From contig BFEA01000029.1 in the NCBI GenBank assembly GCA_003427395.1, positions 2,431,185-2,495,184 of the forward strand: a stretch of DNA of 64,000 nucleotides. The letters are read 5' to 3'. Under the pieces are notes generated by a model. The model was not told the DNA's origin. It ran no database searches and saw only the letters and a list, made by a program, of their open reading frames with translations. How positions within the stretch are numbered: the first letter of the stretch is position 1; every line of letters starts with the position of its first letter. Source of the stretch: Chara braunii (Eukaryota; Plantae; Charophyceae). The translations under genes were made by a program, and so were the position numbers. This document shows, piece after piece, positions 1 through 12,224 of the stretch.

Positions 1-201
1 GTTTAATTTTCTCCTCCGTCGATCTCCCAATTTAACGAACGGTCAGATAACCGGTTCCCAACTTTCCTGTACTGGAAACCGGGCTGCGCCCGCAATTCTT
101 CCAAAGACCGCACCGCCGTCCCCCGCCACGTTGGTATCGTGTTACGCGATGCCATATATACCCACTTACACCTATTTTTTAGGCCTAGTTGCACAACTCT
201 G
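1..201. mobile_element. Possible right end of a non-autonomous DNA transposon (hAT-like terminus)
   Basis: Ends in GTTGCACAACTCTG (188-201), 13/14 identical to GTTGCACAGCTCTG at 51856-51869; partner end and TSD not visible. Confidence 0.3.
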
Positions 202-254
202 CAGGACTTGCCATCGGACAACATTGTGAGCCCTCCGTTGGTTCGTCACCCTTT

Positions 255-600
255 CTTTTTTTTTTTTTTTTTTTCGTTCTTCTCTTAATTTCACCTCACA
301 CTACGTACCTACCACAACTCCCAATTGTAGGCATACCGGGGAACCCGTAGCAGCCAGAACCGTGTTCACGAGAGAACATGCGGGGGCTGCTCCCGACCTG
401 CAGGTGGGCGATACCGGCTAGGGGAAGGGGACAGCCAGTAGCGTCAGGGACCATGCCAACAGGACCAATCCCTGTGCCTCCCTCAGAAATTGCCGACGCT
501 CCTTCGGATGGGGATATGCTACTGCTCATTTCGACGTCCAGATTCGAATCATGGACTTGGTCCGTTTCCCTTCCAGATGCATTGAGTGCAGCCGAGTTTT
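255..600 (-). mobile_element. 3' end of a non-LTR retroelement
   Basis: Poly(T) at about 255-274; the adjacent minus-strand GTGTGAGGTGAAATTAAGAGAAGAA resembles the poly(A)-proximal sequence of the mini-insertion at 677-734. Other boundary uncertain. Confidence 0.4.
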
Positions 601-676
601 GCATTTTCCGAAATCGCAGCGGGGCAGTGTATGTGCCTTTTCTGCCTTTTCCTCCAAACCAAAAAGGCCGTTGGAG

Positions 677-734
677 GTCGTGTGAGGTGAATTGCGAGAA
701 GAATGTAGCTGACTTTGAAAAAAAAAAAAAAAAA
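677..734 (+). mobile_element. Extremely 5'-truncated retrotransposed 3' end with poly(A) and TSD
   Basis: About 41 nt plus poly(A), flanked by direct repeat AAAAAGGCCGTTGGAG (661-676, 735-750). Confidence 0.6.
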
Positions 735-1523
735 AAAAAGGCCGTTGGAGATCCCGACGTCCACATGTGTGCTGTGACGGATGAAATGGCACGACCATGA
801 GAAAAAATCGAAATGGCATGGCGGCTTTAGCTTTTAAGATGCGTCGTCAGGCCAGGGGGCTTGCCGTGCTTGTGTCCGTGCAAGAGTAAGCAAAGTGGCG
901 CGGCGTTCGGAATCAAGTGGCGGGGGACTTGCCGCTCGCCGCTTGCCGCTTGCCGCCGTGATTGTGTCCGTGCAAGAATAAGGAGAGAGTGTCGCGGCGC
1001 TGGCGCTGGCGCGGAGCTGGGAAGCAAGGTGAGGTTTGCCGCGCTTGTGTCAGTGCGAGAATAAGGAAAGTGGCGGGACGTAAGATGCGAATCTTTTGGA
1101 GAAGTTCGGATCACTGCTATGGTTGTGTTTTACCCCGAGAAGGAATATTGGGAGAATCTCAATGGTAGGCAAGGAATCTGGAGGGTGCGGCAAGGCTTGC
1201 CGAAGGCGGGGACAGAGAGGAGGCCGATCTTCCGCTGGACTCAGTGCGGCGGGATGGAAAGCGCGAACTGCGATTTTTGTGCGACAGTTCTGGGAGAGAG
1301 AGGAGGCCGATCTTCCGCTGGAGTCCGTGCGGCGGGATGGAAAGCGCGTCCTATGACTTTTGTGCGACAGGGGCAGGCGGGGAAAGAGTAAGGATGGCTA
1401 AGGCGAGGTCGCCGCCAGGAGGCGTCAACAGCCGGAAAGCTGTGCGGGGTATGTTTCACGTTTTTTACTGAGGGCGGGAAACGACGCAACGGTCACGAAA
1501 TTTTGAATTCTCACGATATCATC

Positions 1524-1582
1524 ATGACTCATCAGCTAATCCCGCCTTTTCGTTATGCCCTTGTGGAGGAGGGCTTTTACCG
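1524..1582 (+). CDS. Exon 1, Siw14/Oca-family (Oca6-like) tyrosine phosphatase homologue
   Basis: ATG at 1524; MTHQLIPPFRYALVEEGFY(R) matches the family start LIPPxxFxxVExGxYR; donor CG|GTATGG, phase 2, fits exon 2. Confidence 0.85.
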
Positions 1583-3328
1583 GTATGGCTGGTACATCTC
1601 AGATCTCCTCAGCCTCTGCTCTGTTATTCATTCATGTCCCTCCTAACATGCCTATCTATCAACTCTTTTCAGCCATGTCCCCCCTCCTAATGTGTCTATT
1701 CAGCGACTCTTTTCACTCATGTCCCTCCTTATACGCCCACTCAGCCACTCTTTGCACTAATGTCCCTTCTAATGTGCCTCCTTCTCGGTCTCTCTTTTCA
1801 CTCGAAGTGATTGTCTGTTTGCATGGAAAGGGCACTGATCAACTTGGTGGATGTTTTGTCGAGCAGTATTTGGCTGCAGTGACTCTTCGGGCCTCGCCAG
1901 ACAACAGACGGAAGCCAAAAAAAACTAGTTCAGCATTTTCCCACAGAAGGTGGCAAGGTACATTTGTTGCTGTGCATAGAAACGGATGAATGTTGCCACT
2001 TTCTGTAGGAAGATGCTCTCGTTTTCTTTTTTTTCTGTTTTGTTTGGTGGGTAGTGTGGTGAGGCGCTTCCTTCTGTGAACAAGGTCGCACCTCTGTGAA
2101 CTGATCGATCGTCTCGCAAAAAAAAAAGTCGACACTCGAAAGAGCAAACAAGTGCGAATTGCTCTATCATGATGGACAGCGTCGCGTACATGAATGATGT
2201 TTGTTTTGGGTTCCTCTGGTCCGACGACAAGCTGACATGGACGGCTATGGCTACGATCACTCTTGCTTCCCTCCCTCCCTCCCTCGCTCCCTGCTTCTCT
2301 CTTTCCATCCGTCTGTTCCGCCCTTCGTTTCTAGATCCCTTTATCAGTTCATTGATTAGTCCTCACACTATAAGTAAACTGAAGCGTTGATTGCTTGTTG
2401 CTTGTGTACGCTTGCTGGTGTGGAGGGAGGGTGGGGGGGTGGTGCATAGCATTGATCGCATCTCTGTCCCCCCCCCCCCCCCAATCTCCGTTTCCCCTCC
2501 ATCTCAACCCAAGCGGTATTTGGTTCAATCTCCTGGCGTGCATTCGGTCGGTGTTTGTTTTGCTGAGCTGAATGTTTGCGCGAAGGGGAAAGAGAATAGA
2601 ACGGCGGTGAGGAAGGTCGGATCGCTGGATGTACAAAGATAACAAGTGTGCCTGGTAGTCTTGAATCGATCACGACCTTTTAATGAATGAGCCAATCAAC
2701 GAACCAGTCTATCGCAGCGAAGTAATCGATGAACCTGTCGATGAACCTGGTATATTCGTTGGCATTTCAGTCAGTTGATTGGTTGACCTGATTTTATCGA
2801 TTTAAAAAATGTGTACAGTTCATTTGTAGGTTATCTCATTGGTTGATCAGCCAATTAGCCAGTTAAGTAGTCATCTGATTGTGGATATCAGACGCAATTT
2901 ATCGACTGATCGATGGATGGGTTTTATCAGACGAAATTTATCGCAATTACCCTTTTCCTCCCTTCCTCCCTTCCCCCCCTCCCCCTCCCCCCATCTTCCT
3001 TCAAGCAGAAAAGAAAACAGAAAAGATTTGAAAATTTTATTGATATTCTCTGTAGTACGTTGATGCAACGTGGTGTGAAACTCGGACCTCATTGATTTTA
3101 GGGGGGAAAAAAATGCGGGGGCTTATATTTTTCCCTCCCTCCTCGTCCCCATCCTCGTCCAGTTTAGCCCATCCTGGTCTGTTATGGCCCCATCCCATCC
3201 TGGTCCATTATGGTCCTTCCTGGCCCATTTTCAGTCATCCTGGCCCCTTTTTGTCCTGCTGGCCCATTTTGGTCCATCCTGGCTTGCCCATTACGGCCCC
3301 TCCTGGCCCGTCTGGCCCCTCCTGGTCC

Positions 3329-4458
3329 TTTTTTTTTTTTTTTTTTTTTTTTAATTCCAAACTTTCACTTACAGGAGGCCGGGGACCTCACAATTCAACC
3401 CGGAGTTATCCCGGCAGCATCAGCCGGTTTCGCTTATAGACTTTGTTCCTGATCTGATCGAAGTAAAGCTCCTTCACTCTGTCTTGAAACTTGGCTTGGT
3501 GCGTTCCTACCTACTCTAGTGCTATGACTATACCTATTCTAGCCTGGACTCCCTGGCTACTACTACACTGGCCTACAGAACGGCCAGAACCCGGCCCAAT
3601 ACGGTCGGGAGGAACATTTTAGGTCCCTTTTGAAGAAATGACACTCTCCTACCCTCCCTACCCTCCCTACCCTCCCTACCCTCCCTACCCTTTGCGGTCT
3701 ACTGTGGCCGCCGACCGGAACCGAGTGTGCCTGGTTCATAAAAAGAAGTCTCACACGGCAAAGAAAACTGCACAAGCCCAAAAAAATTATATCCTAGTTC
3801 CTACTCCTACTCGCACCAGACCAACCAAACCCTACTCACTTCAACCACTCTGTAATCTCCAGTCTACCTTGTGGGGAAATCTTAGCCAGTCGACCCTCCA
3901 TCGCCCAGGTTTCTCTGAACCATGTCAAGCCTGCCTGCCTCTCTCCACGCAGAACTCTTCGAACCCAGTCAGCTCTGATCTGGGTCCCCACCATGCGTCT
4001 GGAAATTTTCTCAGCCTGTGTTTCCTGAAGAGGTTCTCCTTGAAAACCCCTACCATTCCTGTCCAGCCAGATAGTCCACAGCAATGTCAGTCTGACCACC
4101 TGTGCTATGTACTCCCACCCTTTGTTGCCTGCAACATCAGGGGGCAGCACTCCTTGCAGAACCCATCTCTTGCCAGTCAAATCATCTTTGCCGGAGAGGG
4201 CCACCCAGTGTCTCTCCCACCATTTCCACCACTTTTCCGAAACCTCGCATTCCCACCACAGATGTTGCATTGATTCTGTGGCGTCTGAACATCTGTCACA
4301 TTGAATTCTCAGCTCTATCTGACGGTCTTGAAGCCATTTGGCAGTAGGGACTGCCAGATGAGATTGTAGCCAGGCCAGAGAAGCCAGCTTCTGGGAGGGA
4401 ACTACCTTCAATTGTGACCAAAGCGTGGTCAATTCCTTTTCTGAGGGCGGTTCTATTT
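3329..4458 (-). mobile_element. 5'-truncated L1-clade LINE (ORF2 C-terminus, 3' UTR, poly(A)) in intron 1
   Basis: Poly(T) 3329-3352; zf-RVT-like QCDRCSDATESMQHLWWEC and LLWTIWLDRN; 12-bp TSD CCCTCCTGGTCC at 3317-3328 and 4459-4470. Confidence 0.88.
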
Positions 4459-5025
4459 CCCTCCTGGTCCATTTTGGCGCATCCTGAGTGAGAAGGTGAC
4501 GAAAAAAAAAAAAAAAAAAAAAAGAGAATAACATTCTGATACGCTCATTGTATGATTTCCTTTTTTACATACAGTGAGTGTATGCGAATGGCGTACAGTC
4601 AGTGTATGCGACATGGTTTGATTTGGACTCTGTATAGATAGGTGAGAAAATGCGGGGGTCATCTTCCCCCCCCCCCCCCCCCCCTTCCCCTCTCTTCTCC
4701 CCCTTTTGATCGGGGTACAAATACGTAAAAGAAATAAATCAGACCGAAATGGTTGGCGGTGTTGTGTGCATGCATGCCACGTGCAACGTGGTTTGGAAAG
4801 CTTCTTGTGATCACCTCATGCAAGGACTTTTTCGATTTCTCTTAGACATCACTTCCTTAATTAATTGTAATGATTTTCGTTATCCTCCCGATCAATGAAT
4901 TTTTATTTTTCCCACGACAACGGCCCATTGTATTTTACTATTTTGAGTTTTCCGATTTATCAATCCACACTTCTTTTGTTTGACAATTTATTATTGTAAG
5001 TGTACTCGATAATTTGTTATATGCC

Positions 5026-5059
<34 letters not shown>

Positions 5060-5893
5060 CCAATTGGATGATGATGATGCTGTCATCATCATCATCATCA
5101 TCATCGTCGCCGTCGTCGTCATTGTCGCTCTTCTTATCATCCTCCTCATCATAATCGTCATGGATAATCGCCCGTGTATCGTGACGATTATGCCTACCTT
5201 TTATCATCCACCTGAGGAGGGTACTACGTATGTCTCTGCGGAATGCTATGCCTTGTATCCTCCTCAAGATGAACCACACGGCACAGCGTCAGAGCCTGCT
5301 GCTGCAGCTCTCTCAGTCGGCCACTAAACTGTTCTTTGCTAGAATCTCTCTCTTTCTCTCTCTCTCACCGTCTTTCTGTCTCTCTCTCTCTCTCTCTCAC
5401 CGTCTCTCTCTCTCTCTCTCACCGTCTTTTTGTCTCTCTCTCTCTCCCGGTCTCTCTCTGTCTCTCTCGCTCGCTCTGTGTGCCTGTCTGTCTCTTACAT
5501 ATATATTGTCACACTGTGAATCAGAGCGCGAAGGCGGAAAAAAGCAAAACAAGGAAAGGAAAAGAAGGAAGGAAGCCCCACCTGTTCATCACCTCTTACG
5601 TACAAGGCCAGCCACGGGGATGACAGGTTGAGCGCCGGCTGTCCCCATCCCCGTGTGTCAAAGAGGTAAAGAAAAGGAGGAGGAGGAAACCAGACCTCAC
5701 GGAGGCAAGAGAAAGAGAAAGGGATCCAATCCAAGAAAAGACAAAGGAAGAAAACAAATGACACCTCCCACAGATAAACCAATTGCCACTGTCTCTGTCA
5801 CTTTCCTGGTCTTTGATTGGCTGTCAAGTTTAGTAGTGTGAGACATTCTAAAAGGACTGGAGAATCTAAAATGCAAGTTTTGTGCGTTTGCAG

Positions 5894-6050
5894 GGGCGCC
5901 TATCCTACCCTGAAGAATTTCCGGTTCTTGCGACGCTTGCACCTGAAGACGATGATTTCCTTGACACCGGAGCCGCCAAGTAAGGATCTCTGTGAGTTCT
6001 GCCAGGCCGAGAACATCACCTCGCGACACTTCTACGTGGAGAAGTTTCAG
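5894..6050 (+). CDS. Exon 2, Oca6-like phosphatase homologue
   Basis: Acceptor TTTGCAG|; (R)GAYPTLKNFRFLRRLHLKTMISLTPEPPSKDLCEFCQAENITSRHFYVEKFQ; ends at CAG|GCATGT (GC donor), phase 0. Confidence 0.88.
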
Positions 6051-6767
6051 GCATGTGCTCTGTCTCTCTGTCTCTCTGTCGTTTGGATGTTATGTTCTGT
6101 TTTCGCTCTCATCACCCAGTTCCGCACTGAAAGTGCATCTGTAATTATACTTGCTGGCGGCGAAGGGGTAGGAGGAGGGAAGAGGGCCAGGGAGGGAGAG
6201 TGGAAAGAGAGGAGGGAAGCAGAAGAAAGCAGAAGCAAAAGAAGACGATTCCCAGTTGAAAACGTGCATGTTTCCCCGACTCGTTTCGGCCAGGCTGCGC
6301 TCCTGGCACTCACTCCTCAGTGGGCTTCTTCCCAGATCCGCCTTATGGCACCACCCAACATTCCGGTCAGTCTGCCCTCTAGATATACTGTTCCTATATC
6401 TATCTGCAGGCGTAGTCACACACACACGCTTGCCCTCTTCTACTGCGTCCGTCGGTTTTCGAATTCAAAATCCACAGTAGAACAACCTATTGCTTGCTGC
6501 GCGCTAATTTGAAATTTCCAATGGCGCGCCACTTTCCTCTTCACAATAGTGCGGGTACTAACCGGCGGTTAATAGCTAACCAGGATTTTCCACGGAAACG
6601 GAAAACCAATGGGAAAAAGGCAACAAACTACTTCATGTTTCGTGTATTGTTTTCAAGTTTGTAAAAATATTGTGGACTTCGTTTTATAGCGATATAAAAA
6701 AAAAAAAAAGGGACTACCGTGTACACCCGCGCATTTAGTGAAATCCCGAGCTCGAAATGTAGTACTA

Positions 6768-6948
6768 CCGTCTTCACCCGAATAGAACGCCCGGCAATTG
6801 TGGCCGTATGTGGACTGAAAGCTGCGTTAAATACAGCTATAATTCCCGGGCGTTCTGTTCGGGTGAAGGTAATTATGGGCCGTATGTGGACTGAAAGCTG
6901 CGTCAAATACAGCTGTAATGACCTGGCGTTCTATTCGGGTGAAGACGG
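6768..6948. mobile_element. Tc1/mariner (Tc2/pogo-type) MITE, 181 bp
   Basis: Perfect 24-bp TIR CCGTCTTCACCCGAATAGAACGCC, TA on both sides, internal direct duplication. Confidence 0.85.
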
Positions 6949-7399
6949 TATAGTCAGGTCAATAGCCTTTCAATGCCAAACGTTTTAATCCTAGGCTATT
7001 GATTTCCGTCCCGCATTGGTACTATTGAATCCGGACATACAGCAGGGCTCAGATCTAGGTAGCCCGTGTGACCAGCAGAGAAAAAAAAAATTGAAATAAG
7101 CCTTCAGCAACCTACTAATAATTCTGATTTATAAATCCGAATCCGAAAATACACAGAGCAGTACAATAATTTCAGAAAAGCCGAAAGTTACCAAGGAACG
7201 GGCAGAATAAACATCCCACCCACTACTCGTCCGTCTTGCAGGCAGAACCGATGAATCTCGATGGCAGCAATATCATGCATGGTGTCCAAACGTTCTTTAG
7301 GCCTACTACAAGCCGCAAATATACTACCACGCGGGTACAGGGCTTCGACCGCAGCCAAGGTACTAACGCAGGGCTGTAAATATCTAGGGTCTGCAAAAG

Positions 7400-10300
7400 A
7401 AGATCGCCATTTCAGCATACCAAACAATCAAGTAGCCTTTTCCAAGGCTCCTTGAATGACTTAGTGCCCTTTGACAAACTGTGCAAGGGCTTTGAAGAAG
7501 AGCACCGCCCGGGGGGGGGGGTAGCCGCTGGAGTTCTTGCTTCATGGCTATCACAGGGAGGGTAAGCGTACAACCACAATTGGCCAATTGCTGAATGCGG
7601 TGGAGGCTTCCTGTGATAGCTCCAATCTTTGCTCTCTTATCCGAATATGAGCAGAAATCTTGGAAGCAACAATACGTGAGCTGCTGATGGCGGTCCATGG
7701 TACTCGTTCTTGATTTTTGGTTCCAAGAGGAAGCGGATTCTGCCCTCGGTAATAGTGATCTGTGCGCCGATGAAATCAATGGTGTTGGACTCATCATGGG
7801 TGCCGCGGACAAGGGAGAGCTTGTGACCGTAGCAATTCCCAAACGGATCCATGATATTCATGGCCTTCTGAACAGTCGCCTATTTCCTACGGTTGAAAGC
7901 GACGGCCAAAGTAACGTCATCCATGAATCTAACTGCATGAACCAGCTTCCGATCCTTTCCAAGCGAGTTCAGAAACTCGACTTCGAACCTTTGCACAGAG
8001 GAGGCAAGCCAATGGTGGTCTGGAATTTTCCCCCATTGGCACTCCCAACTCCAATCCTCTGTCTAAGGAGTTTTCCCTTCATGACCTGTAGGTATTTTGC
8101 AGTTCAAAGGCTACAAACTGCAGAATCTGCAGAATCTGGTGAAAACTGTTTTCACATAATCTTTCCCGAACAACTTCACTCCCATGGAAACCAGCTTTCC
8201 CCTTCTGCTCACAGCGACGCAATGGTATCCTCTCTCTTCCCACGTCTTCAGTAGCCAGTGAACCGCTTCCAAAAGTGCAGCATGCGGCAGTGATGTAAAC
8301 ATTTTTTTAATATCAAATCCTCCACCAATCACCATAGTGTGCTCACCATACAGCTGGAGTTTTTTCTCGGCCAGCAGGAGTTTTTTCTTGAGATGCGCAG
8401 TAGCTGTCAGGTTGAAGTCCGTGACACCTGGGATCTTGGCAAGTAGGTAGTTCATCGCCGTAGCAACCCAGCGACTACCTGTCTTCACGGGCTCACTGCA
8501 GGCTGGCGCAATGGGTCGAAACCGTTGGTCCAATCGTCCCTTTACAGTACCACGTGGCGAGTTGGTCCAATCCATGTGTTTTGTAATCTTCCTTCATCTT
8601 CCCCAGTACTGCCTTTTCATTGTTGGGGACGGCATCGTATGCAATGTTCCAAGTGAACATCTTATCGAACCCCCTTTGGTACAGCAGCAGACACATGATA
8701 ACCAAGTCTCCAGCATCCCTATCCACTTGTGCGACAACCAATCCTCAAAATTTCTTCTTCTTCACTGCTTGGACAAGCTCCTCGTCTGCCGCGTCCTTCC
8801 CGCTGCAGCAACCTGTAGCAAAACAATTCTCCAGCTGCAATTCTTGGAGGTGCTTTTTCACTCTGCTCCCTAAAACCGCGGTAAGTCCTTGTCTCAGACT
8901 ATCGCTGAGTTCTTCCAAAGATGTCTCAAGCTTCGGGCGTGTAATGTTCTTCCATGCTCTTCCCGTTAAGCACCAGCTGAGGTAAGTTCTCCACCTCTGC
9001 TATTCTAGTGAGGACATGTCCATCTGTGCGTGAAAGTTCAAAACCAGAACAGGTACAGCTGAGATCTGCATTTCTACTGAGGGACCGATGGTTGCACAGT
9101 ACCTCGGCCACATTTCTATTCCTCCGCTCTATTCCTATGCTAGACAAACCGTAGTTTCTTCCCCAGCAGTCCTGCAATAGCAGGGTGTAATCCGCAGCTA
9201 CTAATTTTGCTTAACAGTACGTGTTTGACCTCTCGCTTCTTAATCTCCTTACTATACCTTACTCTGACTGTTTTCTTCCTGACATTTACACAAGCCTTCT
9301 TCGACACTGCATTAGCTACAAATTCCTTCACAGTCTTCCTAGTACTCTTTTCCCTTGAAAGTACCAGCACTGCTGTACAAACACATAAGTTTATCTATAG
9401 ACATCCCCGACTGCTCCTCGAGTTTGCATGGCATCTCCAGTAGTTGGCGTAAGTACCTTTTCCCCCTCTCCTTAGCATTCTGGGTCAGGACAATTGGCGA
9501 CACCCAGAAATGTCCTCCAGCTTCGAACTTCCACTTCACATGGGAGAGCGAAATCTTGCCATCTACTAGGATAACAGCCGATGCTCCGTACATCCTTTTC
9601 ACCAATGCCCAATCTTCTCCCCAAATATCCCAACCTTCACAGTACAGATGCACTCCCTTTCTACCTTCCATACGGGCTGTTTGAAGAATAAATTTCTAGC
9701 TAGTTTTTGCCGCAGAACAATGCTGTGGACGAAATAGCAAGATCCTCGACCGCTTTTTCCCCGTAGTCAGCACCCTTTCTCTAGCCTTCCGCTCTCTCCT
9801 ACCTGACCTCTTCTTGGTCTTCCCAATCCTCCGTACCAATACTGTTCAGGGATGGGGAGAAATGCTTGATTAACGTTTTCTCCAAATCTACCAAACCTCC
9901 GACGTCCGATGACGCAATTGGAATGACAACATACTTACTCCAACCATACTTTTCTAACCAGTTATACAGAGTAATGGCGTTTTGCTTCCCCCTCGGTTCT
10001 CAGAACATTTGATGTGCTCCCACCACCTTTCAGCCGCACCTCTAACCGTCCTACCAATGTAGGTCTTCCTACACCACCGGGATACTAAGCAATAAACGAC
10101 AGGTAACCAGTCCCCATTGTACGGGACGAGATTGATAAGCTTCCTTGCCCAAGGTATTTGCCCATAAACCGTGAGCAATACTGTACTAGCTGCAAGCGCT
10201 CGCTCAGCATTCAATCTGAGCTTTGACAGTCCTGTATGCCCCCAGATAGCGTCTCTAAGCTTGAGGAGGCCTGCGATGGTATCCCAAGTCTGCTTATGTT

Positions 10301-11600
10301 TTTATGTTTGTTGCAGCATCAAAACGAAATTCTGAATTTTCTATAGAGGCTGGATTAAAATATTTCATTTTAGGTGCATTTTCCTCTGGGATAATCCGCG
10401 TTCGCTCGCCACTACTAACAGAGTCTTGGTTGATGTTCTTTCCTTTAGCTACTTAGATGTTTCAGTTCACTGAGTCAACTTTGTTGCGGTTTCCCGATAG
10501 GAAATCCATGGATCAAAGAGAGCTTCTCCCCATGGCGTTTCACCTTTCATTGCGTCCTTTCTTTCTCAATGCCAAGGCATCCACCCAGGGGCTGACACCA
10601 TCATTGAGAAAGCTCTTCTTCTGGTTGGTCGACCTCGGCTCTTAACTCTTCCAATCCATTGTCGCAATCGTTGCCGGATAACACCATGTGGTTAACCAGC
10701 CCCCGAACCGCTTGCTCTTTCGTAACATACGTGATGTTGCTCTCCTCGCAGATCTTCTTCACTTCACGGAAGTCTCTCTTCATCAGTTTCTCCCAAGCCT
10801 CCAATATCTCCTGTATGATTCCACCTTTGCTACAGGATGGCCCTGCTTCACGAGTAGTGAAGTGGGTCGGCTGTGGAATACGTGCTTTCTTTATCTGATT
10901 AGCCTTGTATTCCTCCCTCGTTTGTGCTCTCATTTCTTCTTCGTATTCGTCCGCTTCGCGAAATCTTCGGGCTTATCTCTTCCCTCTGTTTTTTCGTGGT
11001 GGTAGCTTCTTACCATTGTCCTTGAGGGCATCGTCGTCCCTGAGGTAAGATTCGAGGCCGTTTTCTAGCATACTCCTATCTCTCTTCGGCGTTTGTGTTC
11101 ATCGCCAGCGCCATTTTCACTTCAGTCCTGATTCCAGCCTTGAAAGCTTGGAGGCTATTGCTATGCTTGCTATAGTCTTCATCTCTGCTTCTTCTGCCAA
11201 TTGCTTCACTCTCTCTGTTTCTTGTACACATCTTCTCTCTGTGTCTGCAATCAGTCTTCTCAATTGTTCTTCTCTCTGCTCTTGTTCCATCTGTGGCTTC
11301 CTTCGTTCAGCCTCTAGTTTCCGTTTCCCCTCATCTGCTTTCTTCCTTTCCTCTTCCTCTTGCGCCTTCCTGATTTGGAAATCTGTCCATTCTTTTTTCT
11401 CCTCCAGTCCTCTTCTTTCTGTTCTCTGGATTGCCTGTACGATGAGTTATTGTTGAATGCACCCTGCCCTTCACCCACCGGGCAGTCTCGGGCAAAATGT
11501 CCGGTGTCACCGCATATGCCAGGAGGCTTACCCCCGCGTGTGCCAGCATTAGCCATGTCTCTACCGCTCACACAACAATCACCACGTAGCTTCTTCTTGT
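7400..11600 (-). mobile_element. Degenerate Penelope-like retroelement with N-terminal GIY-YIG (Chlamys/Naiad-type domain order)
   Basis: Minus-strand order: zinc knuckle (..CGDTGHFARDCP, about 11480-11520), coiled coil, GIY-YIG (VVYCLVSRWCRKTYIGRTVRGAAERWWEH, about 10015-10105), PLE RT (RFRPIA; GFDIKKMFTSLPH; LRQRIG..VPMG; AVRFMDDV about 7910-7940), thumb. Many frameshifts and stops. Confidence 0.85.
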
Positions 11601-12224
11601 TAACTACCTCTCCTTCCTTAACTTATTGAATGACTCTTCTTGTTAACTACCTTCTCTCTATCCGTCAAGTACGCTCATTCCAGAACAGTGCACATGCCAG
11701 CGTTCTGCTAAGAACTTTACTCAAAGCCTATCTAGGGAACTAACACAATGTCAACATAGCCACCAGTGTGAGTACCACTTGAAGAAGAAGAAGATGAAGA
11801 AGATGAAGCAGCAGCAGCAGCAGAGAAGAGAGGCCCGAGTGGCGGGGGAGGAGCAGTAGAGGAGGAGGAGAGGAGAAGGAGAAAGGAGAAAGGAGAAGCC
11901 AGCCCTGGTTCACCCATGAAGAGATTGCAGACCGGTTTTAGTTAGGGGGCATTTAATTTATTGTTTGTTCCAGATCTATATTAGTGGGTTTTGTGAAGAA
12001 TATTGTAGGCCCTCAAGCTTTGCATCACACTGGAGACTTTTCATGTATGATAAATTCTTCATGGTATATGGCGACTATCTAAAGCTATAGTGAAGGAAGC
12101 TCCCTTCAGGCTATGGTTCAAATGACCAAACTGAGCACAACACATTCATTTGTTGTTATTCATACAAGTGGACCTACGCACAGTCGACACGAAGTACACT
12201 ACAGAGAAAGCTGAAAAAAAGACG

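Noticed and set aside
1528-1535. CTGATGAG on minus, a possible hammerhead core
   Set aside because: No stem II-GAAA follows, and it lies in coding exon 1.
3415-3437. GAAAC...CTGATG in the LINE 3' island, hammerhead-like
   Set aside because: Core lacks the final A, the second copy reads CTAATG, and there is no room for stems I/III.
5487-5503. CTGTCTCTTACATATA resembling a Nextera end
   Set aside because: Only about 10 nt match, within CT-rich low complexity.
5817-6512. 231-aa ORF as a single-exon gene
   Set aside because: Only 5894-6050 is homologous and splice-bounded; the rest is intron read-through.
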